DNA of 64,000 nt from positions 10,012,633 through 10,076,632 of the forward strand of contig OZ037769.1 in NCBI GenBank assembly GCA_964035545.1, written 5' to 3'. The translations under genes were made by a program, and so were the position numbers. Below the pieces are notes generated by a model. That model did no database searches and was not told the origin of the DNA. It saw nothing but the letters and a program-made list of their open reading frames with translations. Shown here in pieces: positions 12,201 through 23,119 of this stretch (its first letter is position 1; each line of letters begins with the position of its first letter). Source of the DNA: Bugula neritina. Lineage: Eukaryota > Animalia > Bryozoa.

Positions 12201-15200
12201 TCCTCAAACATTACTCTGCACAGATAAAAGCAGTGACTGATAGAAAAGATCAGGGATTGGCTGACGATGACTTTTCTGTGGATTTTGCTTCTATGACTAA
12301 TATACTAATACTGCACAGCCAGTCTGAAGGTGAGATATGCAGACTTCTATGACTAATATACTAATACTGCACAGCCAGTCTGAAGGTGAGATATGCAGAC
12401 TTGTAAATTGTTAATGTGAGATTCTCAAAGCCTTTTCAGTCAATTGTGTGGTTTTTTCACGAGGCATCAGTTCAAATTTTTCTCACATAATGGTTAATGG
12501 CATAACAGTAATAATTATCTCAAATACAGTTCTTTTTCTTTGCAACTTTATTATTTTCTATGATTTAATAACAATTTCTGAGTTGTAAGTTAAACACATT
12601 TCATTGTATGTAGGATTTGTGCTCTCTTTAAACAATGATCACAGTTTATTATACTATAATACCATGTACCTATGTTATACTTGTACTCTGCATTATAAAA
12701 GTGATACAAACCTGAAAAAGCTTAGTTGAAATTTCTCGAAGCAAAGATATGAATGGTTCAATGGTGATAATATCAATTATTGGCCTAAACTAGGATATGG
12801 TGAATTTATTAACATAAAGGTTTCAGTACCTCACATCCAAAATGGCCGAAACATGCTGCTTAAGTAATAATTCTGGTTATATGCGGCCAGTAATCACCAC
12901 CAGCTATTCCATGGCATTTAATAGCACTTCTCCTGACTGACGTTATTTGTTAACATAGCGCAGCACTCTACAAAACGGATGTTACATAATATATTTGTGC
13001 TTCATTAATTTTCCAGCATACTTTTTGTCAATTAATTTGTCGATGCTGTGTACGCTTTAAGTGTATTGTGCATTTTCTGGTCAGTTGAATTTAATTTTGC
13101 GTACATATTTAAATCTGGAAAGCCCTACGTTTGCAAACACTACTATTCTTTCAAAGCAAGCAAGGCTGTTTCGTCAAATAAATTTAACAATGTTAGAAAA
13201 ATTTAGTTGCTTTGAAATCTTCAATATAATGTTAACAAGTTTGTATTTTTAGAGCCGATGTTTTATTGGTTGCACTTCTTGTTTTACTCATAGATGTTAA
13301 CATTCAGCTGCATGCTATTGAATGGATAAAGGAATTCCTCATGCTGGCTGGTAGACAGATGTTGGCCTTCTATCCGGGCATTGTAAACTGTGTTCTCTCC
13401 ACTCAGGCATATGTCGGGGATCACCGGAGGGCGTGCAAGGAGTGTGCCAAACAAGTGGATGAAGTTCTCAGGCAGCTAATTACTCCAGAAGATGATAGTC
13501 AAAGGTGATTTTACTATCTGTTTACCTGTGCAGATGCATGACTACTAGCTATAGCCCCTGGCAGTGGAATACAATGCCTACTCTCTCTGTTATTTTTACT
13601 GTAGCCTTCTAAGTTAATAGATTCACTATTAGTGTACATATCAGTATACACATTGTACATATCAGTGTAGATATCAATGTACATATTAGTGTAGATATCA
13701 ATGTACATATCAGTGTACATGTCAGTGTACATATCAATATACACAGTGTACATATCGGTGTACACAATGTGAGGAGAGATTGTTTAACCCGTCTACTCAC
13801 CTCACCACAACATACCCGTGTAATACGTTACTATTTAAATAAGTTTATTGCTTTTTGCTTAGTCAACTTGTATCTGTTGTCTAGCAGTTAAAAATTCTCT
13901 TCATCGTATGCTAGTCTTTTACCTAACTTTTTTCAGCTGCTATAAACTTTTTAGCGGGTGTTTTTAATTGTGATTCTTTATTTTGTAGTTGTAAGCTGTT
14001 GGATACTGCAACACTAGTACAAACCCTCATGGACTCTTTGAGACTGCAGTCTATGCACACTAAAATAGCAGCTCTTAGGTGGTTCCACCATCTTTTTAAG
14101 ACAATACCAAACAAGGTAGGCTCTAGGCTGATAGTTGGTCATTTGATGGATTTACTCTCATAACTTCTCATTGGCTGCATTATACTTTCATAGCTTCTCA
14201 TTGGCTGCATTATGCGTACTCTCATAACTTCTCATTGGCTGCATTATACTCTCATAACTTCTCATTGGCTGCATTGTACTCTTATAGTCTCACACTTGTT
14301 TTCTATTGTTTCATATAAAGGTGTTCACACATGTAAATGAAGTGTTTCCTCTACTGCTGTCCACACTGGCTCATGAATCTGATGAAGTAGTTATTGCTGA
14401 CTTGTATGTGTTTGCCGTGATTGCTGCAAGCAAAGTACCAGCTGGTAATTATTTCATCTTTTGTTGTCTTGAATGTTTTATTGGCTCAAAGTATGTTGTT
14501 GCTATGGATACAGAGTCACAATTTTTGACAGCAGTTTCTTTGCTGACCATTCATTCAATTTTGTTTCATATACTGTGATTCTAAAACTCTGGTCTTATAA
14601 ATGTGCAATGTCTGTGGTTAATATTGTGTGTTAATACTGTGTGTTAATACCGTGTGTTAATACCGTGTGTTAATACTGTATGTTAATACTGTGTGTTAAT
14701 ACTATATGTTAATACTGTGTGTTAATTCTGTGTGTTAATACCGTGTGTTAATACTGTGTGTTAATACTATATGTTAATGCTGTGTGTTAATACTGTGTGT
14801 TAATACTGTGTGTTAATACTATGTGTTAATACTGTGTGTTGATACTGTATGTTAGTACTGTGTGTTAATACTGTGTGTTAATACTGTATGTTAATATTAT
14901 GTGTTAATACTATGTGTTGATACCGTGTGTTAATACTATGTGTTAATACTGTGTGTTGATACTGTATGTTAGTACTGTGTGTTGATACTGTGTGTTACTA
15001 CTGTATGTTAATACTGTGTGTTAATACTGTGTGTTAATACTGTGTGTTAATACTATGTGTTAATACTGTATGTTAATACTGTATGTTAATACTATGTGTT
15101 AATACTGTATGTTAATACTATGTGTTAATACTGTGTGTTAATACTATGTGTTAATACTGTATGTTAATACTATGTGTTAATACTGTATGTTAATACTGTA

Positions 15201-18200
15201 TGTTAATACTATGTGTTAATACTGTGTGTTAATACTATGTGTTAATACTGTATGTTAATACTGTATGTTAATACTATGTGTTAATACTGTGTGTTAATAC
15301 TGTATGTTAATATTATGTGTTAATACTGTATGTTAATACTGTGTGTTAATACTGTGTGTTAATACTGTGTGTTAATACTGTATGTTAATACTATGTGTTA
15401 ATACTGTGTGTTAATACTATGTGTTAATACTGTGTGTTAATACTATGTGTTAATACTGTATGTTAATACTGTATGTTAATACTATGTGTTAATACTGTAT
15501 GTTAATACTGTATGTTAATACTATGTGTTAATACTGTATGTTAATACTATGTGTTAATACTGTGTGTTAATACTATGTGTTAATACTGTGTGTTAATACT
15601 ATGTGTTAATACTGTATGTTAATACTGTATGTTAATACTATGTGTTAATACTGTGTGTTAATACTGTATGTTAATACTATGTGTTAATACTGTATGTTAA
15701 TACTATGTGTTAATACTGTGTGTTAATACTATGTGTTAATACTGTGTGTTAATACTATGTGTTAATACTGTGTGTTAATACTGTATGTTAATACTATGTG
15801 TTAATACTGTGTGTTAATACTATGTGTTAATACTGTGTGTTAATACTATGTGTTAATACTGTATGTTAATACTGTATGTTAATACTATGTGTTAATACTG
15901 TGTGTTAATACTGTGTGTTAATACTATGTGTTAATACTGTGTGTTAATACTATGTGTTAATACTGTATGTTAATACTGTATGTTAATACTATGTGTTAAT
16001 ACTGTATGTTAATACTATGTGTTAATACTGTATGTTAATACTATGTGTTAATACTGTGTGTTAATACTATGTGTTAATACTGTGTGTTAATACTATGTGT
16101 TAATACTGTATGTTAATACTGTATGTTAATACTATGTGTTAATACTGTGTGTTAATACTGTATGTTAATACTGTGTGTTAATACTATGTGTTAATACTGT
16201 ATGTTAATACTGTGTGTTAATACTATGTGTTAATACTGTGTGTTAATACTATGTGTTAATACTGTGTGTTAATACTGTGTGTTAATGCTGGGTGGTCTGT
16301 AGATGCAGATTTGGTGAGCAATGCCATACCTGCAGAGATGAAGAGCAGACTGCTAGAGTCAGTTGGCCCGTACTTTATATACAGCATGCACTGCTTGCTT
16401 GGCACTTTCAACTCTGAGAGATCTCTGCTGGATGAAAAGGGTTTATTTATTATTAGGTATGAGTTTACCTTCACAGCAGGGTCAAATGTAATGTACTTTA
16501 GGGTGTATGTGCATGAAATGTGTATATGTGTGTGTGTGTGTGCGTGCGTGCGTGTGTGTGTATATATACTATATGTAGGTGTGTGTGGTGTGGGCAGTTT
16601 GCTTACTACTCTGTCATGAATAAAATTCCCTTTGCCCAGTTTCTATTTGCTCCATATTTGAGTGGTGTATGCTTATAGTTTTATAGGCTTGTAGTTTTAT
16701 ATTCGTACACATTGATTTGCCGTTTGTGTAGGCTGATTTATGCTTACTGAAATATATTAGATGTTTAACCAATAACAATTGTTGTATTGCAGACAGCTGT
16801 GCATGCAACTTGATGCTGACAGTGTGTACAGAACAATGTCAGAGCTGCTGCTTAGCAGCCAGGATTTCCAGTTCATATCAGTTATGGTTCGAAACCTAAA
16901 TCTCATACTTCTGACTGCCACTGAACTGTTTGAGCTTCGTGCAACCTTGAAAAGTGTTAGTTGTGAGGTTAGTATGTATGAAAGTGTTAGTTGTGAGGTT
17001 AGTATGTATGAAAGTGTTGGTGTAAAGGTAGCGTATAGGAAAGTTTTAGGTGTAAAGGTAGTGTATATGAAAGTCTAGGTGTAAAGGTACTATGTATGAA
17101 AGTCTAGGTGTAAAGGTACTATGTATGAAAGTCTAGGTATAAAGGTACTATGTATGAAAGGCATTGTTATAGAATAAAGATACAATGTTATTAACAACTC
17201 AACAAGGTAATAAATAAGAAACAAAAAATAAGTTTTTCGAAAATTGTTTAAAGGGGACATAATAGCCTACAGTGTTTTATTGTATTAGACCTTATGCTGT
17301 CATATTATAACAGCGTGCATGACGTTTCATATAATATAATTTAAACTGAGCATATATTATATGTTCAGTTTAAATTATATTTATAATTTGTGATAGTACG
17401 CTGACATAATGTTCTTATATCTCTGTAATGTCCACTTCTTACCATGCAAATTATTTTAGTACAGGGTATGTCTATTCTCCATTATTAATTTATCATCATT
17501 TTTATTTTAATTGGTCTTTATAATTGAACTTCAAAGTCACAAGTAATTAAAAGCTAATTAATTAGAATATTTTAATCTCATCCATTTCAGTGGAACTTTT
17601 CAGGCCTGTACACATCAGGGTATTTTCGTGACAACAGAAGACATGATATACAGGCATTTATACAAGTTTCCATTGCATCGTGTTGAATTATTTACTAGTT
17701 TTAGTCGGCTAGTTTTTTCAATATCTGATAACTATGTGCACATCCTTATCCTTCTGTTTTTACACTTTTCTTGCTCTGCATTATGTAGGATGAATCATCC
17801 TTATTCCGATGTCTTTATATGTCATGGTGTCACAACCCTGTAGCAGTTGTGTCCTTCTGTTTACTTACACAGCAATACAGACTAGCATCTCAGATTTTGC
17901 AGCACTTGTATCCTTTACACTTCTTACTAGTTGCTTAACATAATATGCATGTGGTGACACGGTGTCACTATGACTATGTGTCCTGTTTTGTACTCTATCC
18001 ATTCTTAGTTCTTGTATATGAACTGAATCTAAAACAAATAGGTGTTTGTGGAAATTTTCTTAACAAGTGTCAGTGGAGAAATTGACGTCACAGTGGAATT
18101 GCTCACTGAAGTGGATAAGCTGGTGCAGTTGTTGGAGTCGCCTATTTTCATTTGTAAGTATCAATAGTTCTAAATACCAGTTCTAAGAACTAATCATATA

Positions 18201-19037
18201 GAATGTTTTATAAAATACCATTGTGGTAGTCCACCTTTCAATCAGGCTATCAACAAGTGGAGTTTATCAATGCTGAATAATTCTACCCAATACCTGTAAC
18301 AATAATGGTCTTGTTGGGGATATTCTGCACTAGAATGAAGTTTTTCAACTTGACAGTGATACTTGGCTTTATCATGGTTCTTACCACTGCTGCTGTGGCT
18401 GTTACTGCTGCCGTTGTTACTGCTGCCGCTGTTACTGCTGCCGTTGTTACTGCTGACTTTATTCTTACTCATAGGCTCATATATGTAGCTTGAAATTCCA
18501 TGCTGTAGTTGGCAGCATGTATTTTACATGAGACTAGAGTTAGTTTATATGTTTTTATTTTAGACTTGAGGTTGCAATTATTAGAGCCAAATTCTAATCG
18601 CTACATTGTGAAAGCTTTGAATTCAATTCTCATGATTCTCCCTCAAAGTGAGGCATTCAAAACTCTTCAGTCACGACTGCAGTGTGTCTCTCAACTCCAC
18701 CATTCATCGTGAGTTATTTGTGTCACGTCATATTATACCAAGTCATGCTACACTATTATTTACTACCTCACACTATATATACTATACTATGTCACATCAC
18801 ACTATACTGTACTAAACTATGTCACACTAAGCAGTAAGTTGTACTATACTTGGTCACACTCCATCATGCTGTGTTAAGCATTGAAAATATTTTGATTCGA
18901 AAATGGTTTTCAGATTTGCTGATGACTCGAAGGGTTTCGTAAATGAAGACTGGCTGACTCATTTCAAGACTGTACAAAAGCAGCATACATCATACAAACG
19001 ATCTTTACGTGCAACTAAAGCTGCAAAACTCAGTTGA
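9249..19037 (+). CDS. VAC14: Protein VAC14 homolog (PIKfyve-FIG4 scaffold, HEAT repeats), ~708 aa
   Basis: Exons 9249-9376, 9523-9673, 9995-10162, 11258-11428, 11802-11911, 12190-12329, 13294-13504, 13989-14115, 14321-14444, 16303-16456, 16793-16967, 17789-17907, 18074-18153, 18564-18708 and 18914-19037, all phase-compatible. Motifs [93 protein letters not shown]. The start could also be in-frame ATG 9258 or 9276. Confidence 0.96.
12288..12402 (+). repeat. 56-bp tandem duplication spanning the VAC14 exon 6 donor
   Basis: CTTCTATGACTAATATACTAATACTGCACAGCCAGTCTGAAGGTGAGATATGCAGA x2, identical. Confidence 0.95.
13630..13765. repeat. 12-bp minisatellite (GTGTACATATCA)
   Basis: ~11 degenerate copies. 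Confidence 0.85.
14153..14290. repeat. ~29-33 bp minisatellite (TACTCTCATAACTTCTCATTGGCTGCAT) x4
   Basis: Fills most of VAC14 intron 8. Confidence 0.9.
14615..16290. repeat. 13-bp minisatellite (TAATACTRTRTGT), ~128 copies
   Basis: Direct inspection; three main variants CTGTG/CTATG/CTGTA. Confidence 0.97.
16950..17160 (+). repeat. 29-30 bp minisatellite derived from the VAC14 exon 11 donor junction
   Basis: GAAAGTGTTAGTTGTGAGGTTAGTATGTAT grading into GAAAGTCTAGGTGTAAAGGTACTATGTAT. Confidence 0.9.
17248..17440. mobile_element. Degenerate palindromic MITE (Kolobok-like TTAA-AGGGGACAT end)
   Basis: TTAAAGGGGACAT ... ATGTCCACTT ends; internal 47-bp near-perfect palindrome at 17334-17380. Confidence 0.45.
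17908..18073 (+). other. VAC14: U12-type (minor spliceosome) GT-AG intron in VAC14
   Basis: 5' splice site GTATCCTTT; branch-site-like TTTCTTAAC 18056-18064 about 10 nt before CAG; no polypyrimidine tract. Splicing restores [11 protein letters not shown]. Confidence 0.9.
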
Positions 19038-22000
19038 ATGTATTATTTTAGAGTTTTAATTACCAGAGACAGGGTAAATTTGTTATCTTCAAACAGTTTT
19101 TATATTATTTTTGCAACTAGTTCTTGGTAAGGGTTTATTGGTGCTTAGCTATTTATTTTTACATTTATGTAATATTTTTTATAACATTCATTATCAACTA
19201 TTTCATTAGAATTACACAATACAAGTACTGCTCGACATCGATAGTATTAGACTAAATATTATTTATGCAGTACAGTTGGAACAACTACTTAACATTTGTA
19301 CAGTTAATGTAGAACAGGGATTACTTGACATTAGTGAAGTTAGAACAAGTACTGCTTGATATTGGTACAGTTAGAAGAAGGTTTTGTTGCAATACCAGCA
19401 TTTCTCTGTTATTGATCACTTTATTATACATAGAAGATTTTGCTCAAAACTAAAGAACCTATTAAAGTACGGACTTTTGTCAATCAGCCAGTTTTTGATG
19501 TTATTGTCCACAATCCACAAAACTTTATTATTTAATTAATAAATTATTGTAACATTCCCATATAATGTTTCTTGTGCAATATATTGTTGTGTTCTTTTCA
19601 CAAAACTTTACTTTTGGTAGGTTTGCATGTTTTGCAAGCCTCTGTATTGCATGGTATTGCATTCTAATGCAGCTGATGAAAAACCACAGTGAAAAATCAA
19701 TCAAGATTGCAATATTATGCTGAGCTAACTTGTCCGTACAATGCACTGCTGAAAAGCTACAAATCTGTGTGGGACACTTTTGTACTTTACTAGTTTAATA
19801 TTGTAGTAGATTTTGGGAGTTATCATCACATCATGTTCTGGAAAGTCCTAGAATGCATTATCTGAAAAATATTCGTATTGGTAAACTCTTGACGTAGTTT
19901 TCTGAATGCCTTAATTGCTATTATGACAGTTAAGCTCTTGGTGATTGTTTACTTTTACTCATCCAGTTTTTTTGTGTTGTGATCTTCAAAGTGGGGGGTT
20001 ACTGAAATTTGGTGGGCACCGTTTCTAGAGTATAAGAGGAGGTGGGTTTCCAGTGTAGAATCAGTTTAGTAAAGGAACCCGTTAAGGACAGACCTATGAC
20101 AAAGACTACTATTTACTCTATATGCAATAATCATATATCTGGGAGACACTCTCTGTTCTCTCTTCTCACTCACAAGCGGAGTTATGTTCTCCAATTAATT
20201 ATTTTCAACCCACAAAACTACATATCACAATATTATATAGTAATATCTTTAAGTATGTGTTGATAAAGTGGAATATTTGCAAAAATGAAATGTTGAAAAG
20301 TGGAATGTATTTGAAACCTGCTATCACAAAACCACGTAGCATATGTAGCATGGTTCTGATGAATAAATGATTTTATGGTGAGTTTGTCATGCATAGATGT
20401 TTTATACTTGATTTGTGCATAACATGTTACAGTTCTGTAAATCTGCCCGCAGCCCTTACTCAGTATTTACCTGTATACAGTGTTAATATAGGAGCCAAAG
20501 TAATAGCTATTATGCAGGCTTGATAAACTCTTATAAACTGTCCATAAAAATATCACTTTAGAATTGAAGCAAAGCGACACTAAAGAATGCAAAACTGACA
20601 TTAATACACAGTTTCATAACATGTTAACCTATTTTAAAAGTTGCACAATAATTTTGTGCAACACATGTAGTACATGCATTGATGAGAAATGAATCAATTT
20701 TTTTCTTATTAGAGACCCTAATAATATGTCAGTTTTTAGACTTAGCTGGCTGTGTCATAATTATTGTAAATATACTTGGAGTTAAGATAATCTGCCAATA
20801 CCCATCCTTTACTCTGCTGAGAAACATCAATCATTCTTAGCATACATTTATATACTCTATAGCACTACTTATATATAGATTAACATGTTTTATGGTAAAA
20901 GGAAAACTATTTCTATGCATTAAATGGCAATTAGAGAACTTTAAGCAATTCTATTGCTTTGGGGCAAAATGATTACATATGGCAGCATAGAAGGCATACA
21001 TATGTGCATACATATACATGCTGCCTGTTACGTCTGCCAGAACTAACTAGTGAATTTAGTCTGAGGCTTGATTTGCTTCGTGGAAGAGGCCAATAGTGGC
21101 TTTCTGTTGAGTATATTTTTGACTTAATTTATTAATTAACTAAATTATCGAATACAGGTGCTTGTTTACACTATTAGTTGAAGGTAAGTAAAGCAGTTTT
21201 ATAAATCTCACTAATTTGTTAATTTTTCAACTAGCTTTAATAGATTAAAATTCACTCTGATAACCTCAACGATAACTAATACTGACTGCAAAATATAATG
21301 AAGTGAAGTGTTGAGATTTTAATATATAGTGCTTGTCAAGTATTAATCTAAGTTCACATTAGAAATAGCATATTCAAAGCAAAATTAAAGCTGATCAAAT
21401 GGGTTAATTAAACCTGATCATTATTATTTCAGACTAAACCAAGTACATAACGTTGTGTAATTTTATTCCAGTTAATAATTAGTTTCAAGAATTATTTTGA
21501 ATTAGGGAAGAGGTGAGGATAATAGATAGATTAACTTGGAGGGCTCTAAGCATATATAATAGTAAATAACAGCTGTTTTTACTTAGCTGAAGTACTTGCA
21601 GCTAAATTTTGTCTAAAGAAGTTTAGGATGCTGGGATATTGAACTGAGTTAGTGATATTTCACTGCATCTGCATGTATAGTAATGTTGCAGTTTTCTACT
21701 AGAAATGCTTTTTTACAAACATGAGCATTAAGTTAATAAATTGTTTTTAGAAAGCCAAATGAACACCAATTTAATGACTGGCCAGTTCAAGTTAAGTCCC
21801 AGCCTGGCAAAAAAGTCAAATATAATTCAATCGCAAAATAAATGGGCTTAGTCATACTTTTACCTTTTCAGTCTTTTGGCAAATTGTAAGTGACCACCTA
21901 TTTACCTCTACAATATGTAGGTGCAAATTAATGGCAAAATAGTTATAAGCATTCAGCAGCCTATCTACAGTCTAAGCAGGTATATATAAACCTTTAGCAG

Positions 22001-22146
22001 TGCTAATTGTTTGCCTTTAGAACCAAATAGGGAGCTTTCATGCTCAAATAATTTTATGATTCAAGCATTTTTAAAACAAGCAACACTTACGTTTATCTTA
22101 TACAGCAAAATTTTACTCATTACTAAGCAGCATCATGATGGACACC

Positions 22147-22148
<2 letters not shown>

Positions 22149-22237
<89 letters not shown>

Positions 22238-22254
22238 CATATATATATATACAC

Positions 22255-22326
<72 letters not shown>
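22149..22326. repeat. (TA)n microsatellite with CA interruptions
   Basis: Direct inspection. Confidence 0.97.
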
Positions 22327-22328
<2 letters not shown>

Positions 22329-22507
22329 CTATATACACAAAACGTCTTTAATCAACTTTTGGATATTAAAACTATGAGTATATTCTTATGCAAGCAACCT
22401 TATGCAATATATCAGCATATATAAACAAACTAAATAAATTTTTATTAGTGTATTGATGTGTTTTTGTAGAGATTAGAATACTGAATATTCCATTGAAAAA
22501 TTAAACC

Positions 22508-22591
22508 ATGGCAGCAGTAGCAGCTGGAACATTGGCTGGAGCAAGAGAAGACAACCTTCCAGTTATTGAAGACACACCTTTGGGTAGTCAG
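22508..22591 (+). CDS. DPP10: DPP10-like alternative first coding exon A (MAAVAAGTLAGAREDNLPVIEDTPLGSQ)
   Basis: Kozak ACCATGG; 28 codons; phase-0 donor CAG|GTGCGT compatible with the phase-0 acceptor at 42608. Acceptor TTTTTGTAG at ~22469; upstream UTR donor AAG|GTAAGT at 21183. Confidence 0.7.
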
Positions 22592-22704
22592 GTGCGTTTT
22601 ATTATATAAACTTATATTATATACTATATATGTGCATATATTATATGTGCATATATATTGTTGTAGTTTTGTGCACTACTTAGTACTTAGATTGGGTGTT
22701 ATTA

Positions 22705-23119
22705 TGTAGTGGTAATTACTGCATCTGATGTGAGGTTATGCGAGGAACCGAACAAATTGATCATGGATCGAGAGAACTGTATTGAATCAATGACACACGA
22801 TACAATTAATATACAATATAAAAGAGAAAGATATACAATACTCAAAGCGATTACATATAGTTAACTTAGTAGCTACTAGCACTGTCCAAGACTGCCTGTG
22901 CGCTCCGGAAGGCGCTACTTATATACATGGAGTCGGTCCTGATTGGGCGACACAAGATTCCGGCGGTGTCGTTCGCATTTGCTGGCGGTGTCGCCCGTGG
23001 TCACTAATGCGGCACCGCATGGAGATGCGGCATGACTTGGAGTTGCCGTTCCTGACCATAATCTATTGAGTTAAGTTTAGCAGGGGGTACTGGGGGGTGT
23101 ACTTCCACTAGCCATTACA
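22705..23119 (-). mobile_element. Solo LTR-like element (~415 bp)
   Basis: TGTAGTGG...CCATTACA inverted termini; CpG-rich. On the minus strand: CCAAT (22942-46), TATATAA (22919-25), then AATACA (22778-83), in U3-R-U5 order. No clean TSD. Confidence 0.65.

Noticed and set aside
12690-13255. Possible degenerate DNA transposon (ATACAAAC...GTTTGTAT ends, CpG-richer)
   Set aside because: TIR too short and no TSD verified.
14615-16290. CRISPR-like array
   Set aside because: Head-to-tail 13-mers with no unique spacers, no cas genes, eukaryotic intron.
22011-22377. YIYI ORFs, and the similar HT/CV ORFs at 59984-60346 and 29435-29680
   Set aside because: Microsatellite translations.
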